Source: Basidiobolus heterosporus B8920
Lineage: Eukaryota
DNA: 33,299 bases
Direction: 5' to 3'
Assembly (NCBI GenBank): GCA_000697455.1
Contig: JNET01028359.1
Coordinates: 1 to 33,299, forward strand
The position numbers and the translations under genes are program-made. Below, piece by piece: positions 1-9,517 of this stretch (position 1 is the first letter of the stretch; each line of letters begins with the position of its first letter). Below the pieces are notes generated by a model. The model made no database searches. It saw only the letters and a program-made list of their open reading frames with translations, and was not told where the DNA came from.

Positions 1-446
1 CTTCTAAGTTAGTGAAAAATATTCTAAGTAAATCCCGAGTGTGAATTTTGGGTGAGAGGAAATTGGTAAGTAAATATAATAAGGGTGAGATCAAGTATGA
101 ATAATTAGGTGCTAAATTATGTGAATTTCAACAGAATTTTCATCAAGAAAAACATCATTGGACTCAATTAACTGTATAACCTTGGTATCAAGGAGTTAAT
201 ATGACCTTTTCTGATCATAGTAGCCCAAAAATATGCACATAATCATGAAATGCATTACTTTTCTTCTTATAGAGCTTTGTACATTGATAGGTATTTAAAT
301 TCACCTAATTTGGTGTTGAAATTCACATAATTTAGCACCTAATTATTCATACTTAATCTCATCCTTATTATATTTACTTAGCAATTTCCTTGAACCCAAA
401 ATAGACACTTGGGTTTTACTTAGAATATTTTTCATTAACTTAGAAG
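1..446. repeat. Long inverted repeat (arms 1-133 and 314-446, 180-bp spacer); left arm runs off the window edge
   Basis: The reverse complement of 314-446 aligns ungapped to 1-133 with 11 mismatches counted by hand (~92%), e.g. GTGCTAAATTATGTGAATTTCAACA versus TGTTGAAATTCACATAATTTAGCAC. Confidence 0.95.
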
Positions 447-849
447 TAACCAGAATACTTGACTTTTCCAAACATGTCCAAATGACCCCAAACTTTGCAC
501 ACATGTTCCTGGGACCTTCCTTAACATCTTCTACATGTTGCTTTATTTACTTCTTGACAAAAGTATAAATGCCAACTTTACATTCAATAACTCTACAAGT
601 GAAAACCACATATTCTTCTAATTCTCCAAATCACTTCCAATAACTCCCAGAATCTCACAACATTTGGCACCTGATGATTCATGCTAAATCTTACCCTTAT
701 TTTATTTAACAAATGCTTCTCATGCAAAATTCACACTCAGGAATGCATGAGGGATAAGGAATTCCAAAAAAATCCACACCAGTATTGGTTTAAGAAATAC
801 ATGCACTTTGCAGTTTATTTGAAAAGTCTAACCATTGCACAACACAGTG
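1..849. mobile_element. Putative non-autonomous foldback/MITE-like DNA transposon (partial; right boundary uncertain)
   Basis: Long internal inverted repeat, AT-rich, no credible ORF, and only one CpG seen in 1-887 while flanking genes are CpG-rich. A CACAGTG at 843-849 could be a CAC-type terminus. No TSD can be checked because the left end is outside the window. Confidence 0.5.
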
Positions 850-887
850 TGGCCCAGAAAATTAGGGACATGATAAAAGCCACACAA

Positions 888-1985
888 TCAGACTTTTTGC
901 TTCTTGGATGGGGGTTTCTGGTCATCTTCATCCAACTCGTCACCAGATTCACCAAATTCTTGGTCCTCCTCATCACTATCAAACCCTTGGAAGTACCTAG
1001 AATACTGGCTCAGTGAATGAACGGGAGTAAAGTGGTATAGTACGTGCTTACTTGACAGCATTAGGATATAAATCGTTGGCAATCAGATCACCAATTTCTG
1101 GATCATCCTCCGAGAACCAAGTGAAAAAGCTGTCCTTCTCTTCACCATCTGCTTGGGTCAGATTCTGTGGAGGATGGATGAGTATCAAGGTAGGAGACAC
1201 CGAGACAAGTCAAGGGATGCTTACCTTTCCGTCCTTCCAACGAATCGGATGATTCTTGATGACTACTTTGCCGGACTCGTCATGCGAAAACTCTTTGATT
1301 AACTGGTCATTTTCGAAGTAGGGGTTTTTGGAGAAGGTCTAGGTTGAAATAGAGGTCAATGAAAAGTAACGTAGAGTGATGCGAGGGCTTCGTACCAAGA
1401 TGACTTTATATACGGTACAGTCTTCGGAACTTCTATCAATAGCAATGTCCGTCAAGTGGTCAAAAACCTGATAAAATGAGTTAAAACACATATCAAATAT
1501 CCATCCTTCCACATTTCCGGTCGAACCTCAGTATCTTCAGACTCAAGTAGACCCTCTAGGAGAACAGTGGTTAGATTAGCACGTGCAAATACAAAACGGT
1601 AACGCGTAAAACGTACGAAGCATTGGGTGGTTTTTAAACTGTAAAGCCAGAGTTAGTTGGTGGCAAAAAAAGACTAGATATTCGGGTAGTAGTAGTACAT
1701 ACTGTGATGGGCCAGAAGTTTGGGATTTGTTTGAGAAGCTCTTGACGTTTCTGATAAACAGGATTCTTGGTGTTTTCATATTTGGTGGTAAGTTTTGCCT
1801 GTTCTTTGACTATGTTTACTAGATCAATACGACTCCTGCGTAGAATACACTAAGAAGGTAGACTTACATAACTTTTCGTTCACTTCTTCCATTTCCTGTT
1901 CAACCTGAAGAAGTTTGGCCCAGTTTTCCTCCATGACTGGATCTTCGGAGAGGTTTTTTCCGTTTTGAACTTTACTTTCGGACAT
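888..1985 (-). CDS. NAP/SET (TAF-I/Vps75-like) histone chaperone, multi-exon
   Basis: Manual splicing gives MSESKVQ...KNPVYQKRQELLKQIPNFWPIT-FKNHPML...TFSKNPYFENDQLIKEF...PIRWKDGK...DSFFTWF...IGDLIANDLYPNAV...YFQG, then an acidic tail and the NLS-like PPSKKQKV. These are canonical NAP-family motifs, and the GT-AG introns keep frame. Confidence 0.9.
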
Positions 1986-2311
1986 GTTGAACTGCTGAGA
2001 CAAAGTCTTTGAAGGAGTACTTTTACACGTCAATGTAATTTCGAGCTCGTTCTCGTTCAACGGGGGGGGGATTTTTTCGGGAAATTCCTGCCCAATTACG
2101 ATGGGTGACTAGAATCAAGTTTAAACGCTTGATAAACACTTGATAAACACTTGCTGAATCCTTGAAATTAATCCATGATTTCTTCAACATTTGGTGATTT
2201 TGGTTACCCATTTTTTTTGACGATTGAAAAAAAGGTGTATGATATATCAATATCATTTGAGCGGTGTGGTGGTCGCGCGACACACTTCAGTGCTTAGAAA
2301 CATTGGCGAAC
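1986..2311. promoter_or_regulatory. Compact bidirectional promoter between the NAP/SET gene and TRM82
   Basis: 326 bp between divergent ATGs. Contains a G9 run (2062-2070), (CTTGATAAACA)2 at 2128-2149 and the palindrome GTCGCGCGAC at 2272-2281. Function of the individual motifs is not shown. Confidence 0.55.
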
Positions 2312-4015
2312 ATGGTCAGACATCCCTTCACAAAGACCCTTCACAGCCCCACTGAGGACCTTCTAGTTCTCGTGTGTGGCAAGAACTTTCAAGTAGTAGA
2401 TACAAAGTTGGTTTATGGTGCCTTGCTTTTTAGTCGTAACGTCCATTTATAAACTTTCCTTTTCAGGGATGGCTCCATTAAGGCTAGTACCTGTGACGTG
2501 CCCGAGGAGATCAAAGCTTCGGTTGTGGAAATCAAGGACGGTCATAATGACATGATTCGTACTTTGGCCTTTAGTCCTGACGGTAAAATGCTGGCTACCA
2601 GTGGTGAAGATAAAACTCTTAAGGTGTGGTCCGTTGAAAACTGGCAATGTCTCAGCACCAGGTGAGTGTTTCCTTATTTGATGTGAGTTGTGAGTAGTGA
2701 TAACCATTTGCAAACTCGATTTAGACCGGTCATTAAGCGTTACAACGCCATAAACTTCGCCGCTCAAAGTGACTCTATCTTCGTGGCAGATAAATTCGGC
2801 GATGTTTACAAGTAACAGTGGAATATTATGTTGCTATTGATGACGAGAAAGTTAACGTTTATCTCTGATATGCAAGATTACCAATCGATCCTACTTCTGG
2901 TAAAGAAGAGCTTCTTCTCGGCCACGTCTCTATGACCACAGACATGGTAAGCGTGAAAACGGCTTTTTCGGCTTCGAACCCATCAGTAACCCACATCATA
3001 TTAGATCCTCACTCCCTCAAACAAGCACATCATTACTGCTGACCGTGATGAGAAGATCAGAATCTCAAACTATCCAGACTCTTACAACATTCATTCATTC
3101 TGCCTTGGCCACACTGAGTATGTCCTGGTGCTCGCTGTATCATGCTTTCATCAAGTAACCATTGTTCTCTAGATTCGTCTCTGCCCTTCGCCTTCCTTCA
3201 TTTGCTCCAGACAGATTGGTTTCTGGTGGTGGTGATGGGATGATCATGGTTTGGGACTACATGAACGGATCACTCAAGCAAACCATTAATCTTCGCGAAA
3301 CTCTGGCCCAGCATGGCGCTCAACCAGTAAGCTCTCAAAGAATGTGTGTAGCAACCATCTAGGAGCATCACTAATAGCAGGAAACTTAGGTTGGTGGCAA
3401 CTATGTCTTCGTCACTGCCTTGGAGGTATCATCCCAAGCCAAGGATATCTTGGTATTGATCGAGAAGTAGTCGTCTGATAGTTGATCCTTGTGAGGCAAC
3501 CAGTTGTTTACCCTTCTCTTGTACTTTAGATACAACAACGGCCTTATCTTCAGATGGAACGAGCAGTCAGAAGCTTTAGAATTCCATCAGCTCGTTTCGT
3601 TAAGTGCTGATCCTTTGGATGGAACTTTCGATAACCAAGGAAGCCTGTGGTTCTCCATCTCCGATAAATCTGATGACTTGGTTGTATCGTATAAATACAC
3701 AGATGGCAAGGTCAGCATTCTCCATTCACTTTACCCATTCACTCACCATTCACTTGAGAGAGATATTTTACTGATCCAATGTAATCTAATCTAGTATGAA
3801 CCATCCGAAGCTAAGCCAGTAAACCAATATGGTTCCTTTGAAGGTACTTTACCTGTTTTGTTGACTTGATTTTCTAAAACTAACTGTGCTCTTTAGCTGA
3901 GTCTCTTCCTAACTTGTATCCTACCGGAACGCTTCGTAAGATCACCGTTCCTGAGGAGGAGCAAAATGACCAAGAAGATGAGGAACAACCAAAGAAGAAA
4001 GCGAAATCCGAATAA
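2312..4015 (+). CDS. TRM82: tRNA m7G46 methyltransferase WD40 subunit (Trm82/WDR4), multi-exon
   Basis: Spliced product has the hallmark motifs [42 protein letters not shown] and LVSGGGDG, and ends PKKKAKSE with TAA at 4013-4015. Confidence 0.93.
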
Positions 4016-4070
4016 GAATATTTAGAATAAACATTGTAGAACTTGTCCCTTTTTGTTCTCATTTGGCTGC

Positions 4071-4210
4071 TGTATATTTCTTTTCGTTCAAGAATTTCCA
4101 GATAATTTGTTATCCTGATACTACAGCTTTCAAGTATCAAAAAACACATGATTCATGGGTAGATATGGTCACGATTGAACAACAGCGTGAGTGTATGTAT
4201 GAATATATAT
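4071..4210 (+). repeat. Direct repeat copy A (TRM82 3' flank)
   Basis: 4081-4200 aligns ungapped to 5455-5574 with 16 mismatches in 120 (~87%). Confidence 0.93.
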
Positions 4211-4692
4211 CTCTTTAAAGGTAGTACTTCTGAGGAATGGCAGTTTGAGCACCAAACCTTCATATGTATCAGTAATAATTTTGATGATTTCACCGTTTCC
4301 AGTGAATCCTGTAGCCATTTTAACCTCATTGTTAACATTCAGATTAGCACCAGTGTGAACACGGATACCTCTAGTAACGAACGTGAGATAGGTTCTTCCT
4401 AAAGCGTTATGTGACTCTAGATATTGTATAAACCCGAGTCTACCAGTTGATCTTACTTTAGACTGAGCCTTTTCCCAAGCATGTCTCTATGACCATGGAT
4501 AGGATAAATGTGAAGTTATGCATTATTGCTGCTGCTTGTGAGGAGAAACTCCTAGTCTTCAACTATCCAGACTCTTACAACCTTCCTTCTGCCTTATTTA
4601 CGCTGACCATATTCCACTTTCTACAACTAAACATATTCCTTGGGTCTATTTTTCTTTTCCACCAGAAACAACGACTCTAGTGATAGTGATAG
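4211..4692 (+). pseudogene. Decayed, deletion-riddled tandem copy of TRM82 (5' remnant)
   Basis: Exact 21-nt match AACTATCCAGACTCTTACAAC (4561-4581 = 3068-3088) and 13-nt match GTCTCTATGACCA (4483-4495 = 2926-2938), with further collinear degenerate matches near 4211-4254, 4441-4460 and 4660-4692. Translation IIAAACEEKLLVFNYPDSYN mirrors [20 protein letters not shown]. Confidence 0.8.
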
Positions 4693-4841
4693 AAGTAGTT
4701 TAGAAAGGGCGGTTTTTTTTCTTTATCTATGTATACATTCAAATTGAGTTTCCCTACCGCATCACGTGATCGAACGATTTCATGTATATATCCACATAGA
4801 CATATGTACAAAATGGTTCCGTCAGTACTCACAACACAACA

Positions 4842-5267
4842 ATGGTCAAGGCTATTAAAGGTTAGTTACGGGAGGGGAAACCAAAGTAGAAGAATTTGGT
4901 TAACCCATTTTCCTATAACTCTTGGCATGTCCTTTGAACGAAATTTACTTAAAAACTTTTCCCTTTTCTTTTGCTTGTTGCACGAAAAGGTATGCTGGTA
5001 GAATGGTATGTACACAATCAAGTATTTGGATCTTTCCCTACGTTTTGGTGCTACTTTGGTTTCCTTTGAACTGAGCGAAGGGGTTTCTTTTGATTTAGTG
5101 ACGAAGCGGTGAAACAGATCGTCTTAAGTCTAAATAACACTTACCACTTTGTGATTGAAGACTTGGACGATACTCACGTATTTATCGATGGAAGTTGGTT
5201 GGACAGACTCAAATACGAAGTAGAAAAATTATTAGACGAGAATACTTACAAGTTGGAAGAAAAATAA
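4842..5267 (+). CDS. TFB5: TFIIH p8/TTDA subunit (67 aa); exons 4842-4860, 4990-5005, 5099-5267
   Basis: Spliced product MVKAIKGMLVECDEAVKQIVLSLNNTYHFVIEDLDDTHVFIDGSWLDRLKYEVEKLLDENTYKLEEK has the Tfb5 signatures GxLVECD and FVIEDLDDTH. It is absent from the ORF track. The palindrome ATCACGTGAT lies about 80 bp upstream. Confidence 0.93.
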
Positions 5268-5444
5268 GAATCCCTTGAAATCTCTATCTCTTCGGTGAAC
5301 GAGCAAACTTTTTGCTTTACTTTCAATGTTTCTTTTCTCTCCTGTGTGACTACTGGTTAGAGTGAGCCGTCAGCTCGACAGATAATCGATTTCTCTTCAT
5401 GTACTTTAGACTTCGTTGAGAACTTTTAATGTTCATTCATCTGT

Positions 5445-5584
5445 TATGTATTTATTTTCGTTCAAGAATTTACAGATAATTTGCTATCTTAATACTACAG
5501 CTTTCAAAGATCAGAAAACACATTGTTCATATGTAGATAGGGTCACGATTGAACAACAACGTGAGTGTGTAGATGTATGTATAT
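5445..5584 (+). repeat. Direct repeat copy B (between converging TFB5 and ANK-CCCH 3' ends)
   Basis: About 87% identical, ungapped, to 4071-4210 at an offset of 1374 bp. Confidence 0.93.
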
Positions 5585-5629
5585 ATAGTTGTGTGTGTGC
5601 CTGCGTATTACTGTATAAATTGATGCAGA

Positions 5630-6493
5630 CTATTGAACTGAAGCGTTTGGCACAGTCCAGATAGTAGTGTATGGCTTAACTTTGCTATTTGTGAGCTCTG
5701 TAATAGGTGTACCTTCAGAGAGATTGTAGTTGTTGATCAATTCTTCTAATTCCTCTATTGAGGAAGTTTCTTCGTCATCTTCCTGGATTGCCTCACCATG
5801 TTCCAGTGCGTTCGACAGCCTGTCAAGATCTCGGCCGGAGTTCTCATACACAATGTGATGAATCTTCTTGAGGACATCGTAAGGAACTCCTTTCCTATAT
5901 CGCTCACATTTATCCAGTGATGCTAAAACATCCCAAGCATTTTCATCGGTTGGTCGAACTCCTTGCGATAACAAAACTTGGACTTCATCATCAGTGAAGC
6001 CACAGTTTCTCATACGTTGCTGTTGCTCTAGAATATCCTCTTCATCTTCCGAGTCGACTGGCTCTTCCTTAGGGTGAACAAAACTACAACTGTTACCGTT
6101 GGGACAACTTCCTCGACGTAGGAATGGGCAGTCCAATGAGCCCGAAGAACTTTTCCTGTCGTCAGTTACATCAAACCCTGCTCCTTTAAAGGTGGCACTT
6201 CCAGGGGTTGGCATCTCAGGTACCAGACCTTCACGTACATCGGTAATCATTTTGACAATTTTGCCGTTACTCGTGAATTCTGTAGCAGTTCCGAACTCGT
6301 TACTAGCATCAGGGTTAGCCCCAGCAAGAAGTAATTCACGAACAGCCTGTACATGATTGCCTTTGGCAGCGATCATGAGGGGAGTTCTTCCTAGAGCGTC
6401 AGGAGACTCTATATACTGTGGGGTGTTGAGTAGTTCAAACCTCAGACTCTCTATATCGCCTTCGTTGGCTGCTTTCCATAGTGCGGTAATCAT
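5630..6493 (-). CDS. Ankyrin-repeat + single CCCH zinc-finger protein, paralog A (287 aa, intronless)
   Basis: ANK consensus (LGRTPLMIAAKGNHVQAVRELLLAGANPD), a C-x7-C-x5-C-x3-H finger (CPFLRRGSCPNGNSCSFVH), then the motif NCGFTDDEVQVLLSQGVRPTDENAWDVL shared with paralog B. The ATG at 6493 is chosen by alignment with paralog B. Confidence 0.88.
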   Translation of the reverse strand: MITALWKAANEGDIESLRFELLNTPQYIESPDALGRTPLMIAAKGNHVQAVRELLLAGANPDASNEFGTATEFTSNGKIVKMITDVREGLVPEMPTPGSATFKGAGFDVTDDRKSSSGSLDCPFLRRGSCPNGNSCSFVHPKEEPVDSEDEEDILEQQQRMRNCGFTDDEVQVLLSQGVRPTDENAWDVLASLDKCERYRKGVPYDVLKKIHHIVYENSGRDLDRLSNALEHGEAIQEDDEETSSIEELEELINNYNLSEGTPITELTNSKVKPYTTIWTVPNASVQ

Positions 6494-7114
6494 GATAAAC
6501 AACTTCAGTAAATGGTACTGATTTGAGAAAGGTATGGGATAAATATGATGAGCATGTGCCAGCCACACTTTCGATGCTTTTATAAAACCTCGATCTAGAA
6601 CTCAGGAAGCCAATCAGCCCAGCTCAACCAGCTCAACTATCGATGACTGTCGACTGGCGATTTTTGTCCCAGTAGGGCAAGTCACATTTGCATGTTTGAG
6701 CCAATCCAATGAGATGTCTCTGGCCCACATACACATTCATATACACATCCTCCTATACATACCCACCATCAACGTCAAATCAATCTAGAAGCAGGAATGA
6801 AATGACCAATGATTAGGTTAATTTTAATTGGCTGGTTGGAGTGGATTACGTCTCTTGATTGTTCAAAATCCACGCCAGAATCACTTGTATAATACGTAAT
6901 TTAGTGATACAAATCGATTGTATCTCAAGTCAACATGACAATCTAGCCGAAATAAGGAGCTAAAACTGATCTCTCTTGAAAGATACATCTCAGAGATACT
7001 TCACGATACGCTGAATATTGAAGAACACTAAACAATTTGAATGTTAGAAGCAAGTAAATACTGGCTTTATATGTAGATGTCAAAAGGGTCAAGAATGGTA
7101 TTGTAATAGGAGCG

Positions 7115-7900
7115 TTAGTTTTGGATAGCCTCTAATATCTCCCAAGCATTGCTATCCCAAGGCATTACGCCGTAAGGTAGTAACGTTAAGACCTCTTCTT
7201 CACTGAATCCAAAATTTTCGATGCGTTCTTCGATTTCACTGTCATACACAAACTCTTCAGAATCGTATCCCTGACCTGGGTGAATTTCTGGGTTTACTAG
7301 GGGTGGTGGCATAGCAACATATGCAACGGGAAGTGGATATGGGAAAGGTGCAGGAATACCTGGGTTTACGTTGATAGTATGCTCATATCTACACTGATTA
7401 CCAAAACGACAATTTCCTTGTAACCAGTACCGACAGGTTGGCATGGGGACGCGTCCACCTGCATACGGATCGAATTGACCACGCCCTTGAGGTAGGCCCA
7501 TTCCTTGATGGGAGAATCTACAGCTATTGCCAAAACGGCAATACCCTTTCATAAAGAAACGGCACATCGCCGGGGGCCCGGGAATAAACGGATTTGGTGA
7601 AGCACCTTGTGGCTGTGTTCTACGTAAACTACTCCCTCTAGCCTCATCTATAATTCGAAGGATTTCCGGATGAACAGAGTATTCAGAAGCAGTTCCATTT
7701 GCGGCATACGCATTAGGGTTGGCCCCGGCAAGCAGCAATGTTTGAACACATTCCAAATGATTTTCTCTCGCTGCTAGCATAAGTGCAGTCAACCCTTCAG
7801 AGTTCGTGGCTTCTAGATCACAGTGCCCATTGGCCAGTTCTTCTCTAAGCTGCTCGAGATCGCCTTTGCTTGCCACAAAACATATAGTTGGTTCGTTCAT
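7115..7900 (-). CDS. Ankyrin-repeat + two CCCH zinc-finger protein, paralog B (261 aa, intronless)
   Basis: ANK (EGLTALMLAARENHLECVQTLLLAGANPN), fingers CRFFMKGYCRFGNSCRFSH and CRYWLQGNCRFGNQCRYEH, a Pro-rich linker, and the terminal motif NFGFSEEEVLTLLPYGVMPWDSNAWEIL. Confidence 0.9.
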   Translation of the reverse strand: MNEPTICFVASKGDLEQLREELANGHCDLEATNSEGLTALMLAARENHLECVQTLLLAGANPNAYAANGTASEYSVHPEILRIIDEARGSSLRRTQPQGASPNPFIPGPPAMCRFFMKGYCRFGNSCRFSHQGMGLPQGRGQFDPYAGGRVPMPTCRYWLQGNCRFGNQCRYEHTINVNPGIPAPFPYPLPVAYVAMPPPLVNPEIHPGQGYDSEEFVYDSEIEERIENFGFSEEEVLTLLPYGVMPWDSNAWEILEAIQN

Positions 7901-8588
7901 GATGTTTATAAAATTTCTGAATTGACTTCAGAAACGGAAGGGAAATTGGCAAAATTAATGTACCAAGAAAATGGCCTATTTAGAATCTATTGTCTATAGA
8001 TGGGTTAATGCTTGCTATGAGTATGGTCGCTCAAGAGAAGTTAACTTTCAGTTTAACTGATTCTGTTTAACACCAAATTTCTGTGAGATCAGAAAATGCA
8101 AAGATCAATGTAGATTACCAAATATTGACAATAGAATCGAATTCTGGTGATGCTTGTTACGTAATCTGAACCCTAGTCCAAAGCAATTATATAATAATCT
8201 AAAAGAGCTGGATCTCAATGCACTCTGTATATTTCAATACACGTGAATTGGACTTCACTAAAAACGTTCGAGGCTTAGTTGTGAGATGCATGTCTGTTGT
8301 AAATGAGTTATGGAAAACAAAAAGCACACAAGAAAACCATAGATTATTTAACAGGCAGGATGTACAGGTGATATGGAAGTTATGACAGAATAGGGTGCAG
8401 AATAGTTAGTGTTGACCGTTAGAATGCGGTTGGAGCAATATGTATATGTAACCAAGAAGAAATATGCCGTCTTCCGGGTTTTGCAAAGAATACATGGGGA
8501 TTTTCGTTCCTATCAGATCGCAGCAGAAGCTCTGTACAATGAAGGCTGAGATAGGCAGATTGGACACTACAGTTTTCAAACGTATGGA

Positions 8589-9200
8589 CTACCACACTTG
8601 GTACGAATCTCGAAGAAATTTTCGTGTAGGTGAACTACTGTCGAATTTACTACCCAACTTTAGACGACTGAGTCTCCAGGAACCATCTTTCACTGGCTTC
8701 GGCATGGCCACAGGTGAATATGCTCCTTTGCAGGTTGGGGCAATCGATTCGTGTAGCGTATCGTTTGACGGAGTATGTGGACTTGCAGAGTACCCTTCTT
8801 CAGCATCCAAGATAGTCATAATTTCTTTGATACGCTTTTCGTTCACTTCACAGGCAGTGGTGGTCTCTGTATTCTTCGGGAAGTGAAAATTTCTACTTGA
8901 TTCTGGGAATATTTTGTTCCTTCGTCTACCTACGAGAAGATAAATAAGGGCGATGAGTGCCAAAACAAGCAAAGTGCTCCCCAAGCACATGCTTAGCAAG
9001 AAAACCGAGGGACTGCTTTGGGGATGTGAAGTATCTGAATCGCTCTCTCTTCCCACTTCTGGGTGATACAATGTGGTGGTTAATGGCGTAGGATCAATTA
9101 CGGTGGCGGCTGGAGAAAATGCCCTTTTTATTGATCCTTCAGAGATACCGTGAAGTAGTGCTGTGATAATGATCGTTGGCAATAATCTAGGAGACCTCAT
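8589..9200 (-). CDS. Type I single-pass membrane protein of unknown function (~203 aa)
   Basis: From ATG 9200: a signal-peptide-like MRSPRLLPTIIITALLHGISEG, a short S/T/P-rich segment, a hydrophobic TM (VFLLSMCLGSTLLVLALIALIYLLVG), a basic stop-transfer RRRNK, and a cytoplasmic tail ending YQVW. Confidence 0.7.
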   Translation of the reverse strand: MRSPRLLPTIIITALLHGISEGSIKRAFSPAATVIDPTPLTTTLYHPEVGRESDSDTSHPQSSPSVFLLSMCLGSTLLVLALIALIYLLVGRRRNKIFPESSRNFHFPKNTETTTACEVNEKRIKEIMTILDAEEGYSASPHTPSNDTLHESIAPTCKGAYSPVAMPKPVKDGSWRLSRLKLGSKFDSSSPTRKFLRDSYQVW

Positions 9201-9468
9201 ACTTCGCGTATCAATTCCAGCAATCCAAGAAAAGAACGAGCGATTGTGTGCAAACAGGGAGGGTACCAAATATCCAAGGGGTTTAAATAAGCGCAAGCGT
9301 AAGGCAAGAGGCTGGACGGCTGCATTAGTTAGTAATAGAATAAATAAGCAAATTTATTTATTTCCGAATTGGTTCTACTTGTCGAGGTGGAACTAATCTT
9401 TCTCTGGCCTCGCATGTACACGCATATATGCCCTTCATTCAGATCCTGATGGGAAACAATGGTATTCT

Positions 9469-9517
9469 AGAGGAAGAGAGAGGGAGAGAGAGAGAGAGGG
9501 TGAAAGAGTGAGAGGAA
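9469..9517. repeat. Imperfect (GA)n purine tract upstream of the membrane-protein gene
   Basis: AGAGGAAGAGAGAGGGAGAGAGAGAGAGAGGGTGAAAGAGTGAGAGGAA. Confidence 0.8.

Noticed and set aside
845..870. CAGTGTGGCCCAGAAAATTAGGGACA resembles a Tc1/mariner TIR start
   Set aside because: No preceding TA target site and no matching inverted copy found in the window.
681..1016. 111-aa + strand ORF
   Set aside because: Spans the repeat-like region and runs antisense to the last NAP/SET exon; no domain signal.
2950..3000. GGTTCGAA on the minus strand as a tRNA T-loop/B-box
   Set aside because: It lies in a short TRM82 intron and no cloverleaf can be built.
4489..4680. 63-aa ORF as an independent gene
   Set aside because: Explained as part of the decayed TRM82 copy.
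6494..6568. N-terminal extension of ANK-CCCH paralog A in the ORF track
   Set aside because: Uses a non-ATG start; paralog alignment supports ATG 6493.
8464..8886. 140-aa + strand ORF
   Set aside because: Antisense to the better-supported membrane-protein gene; no motif.
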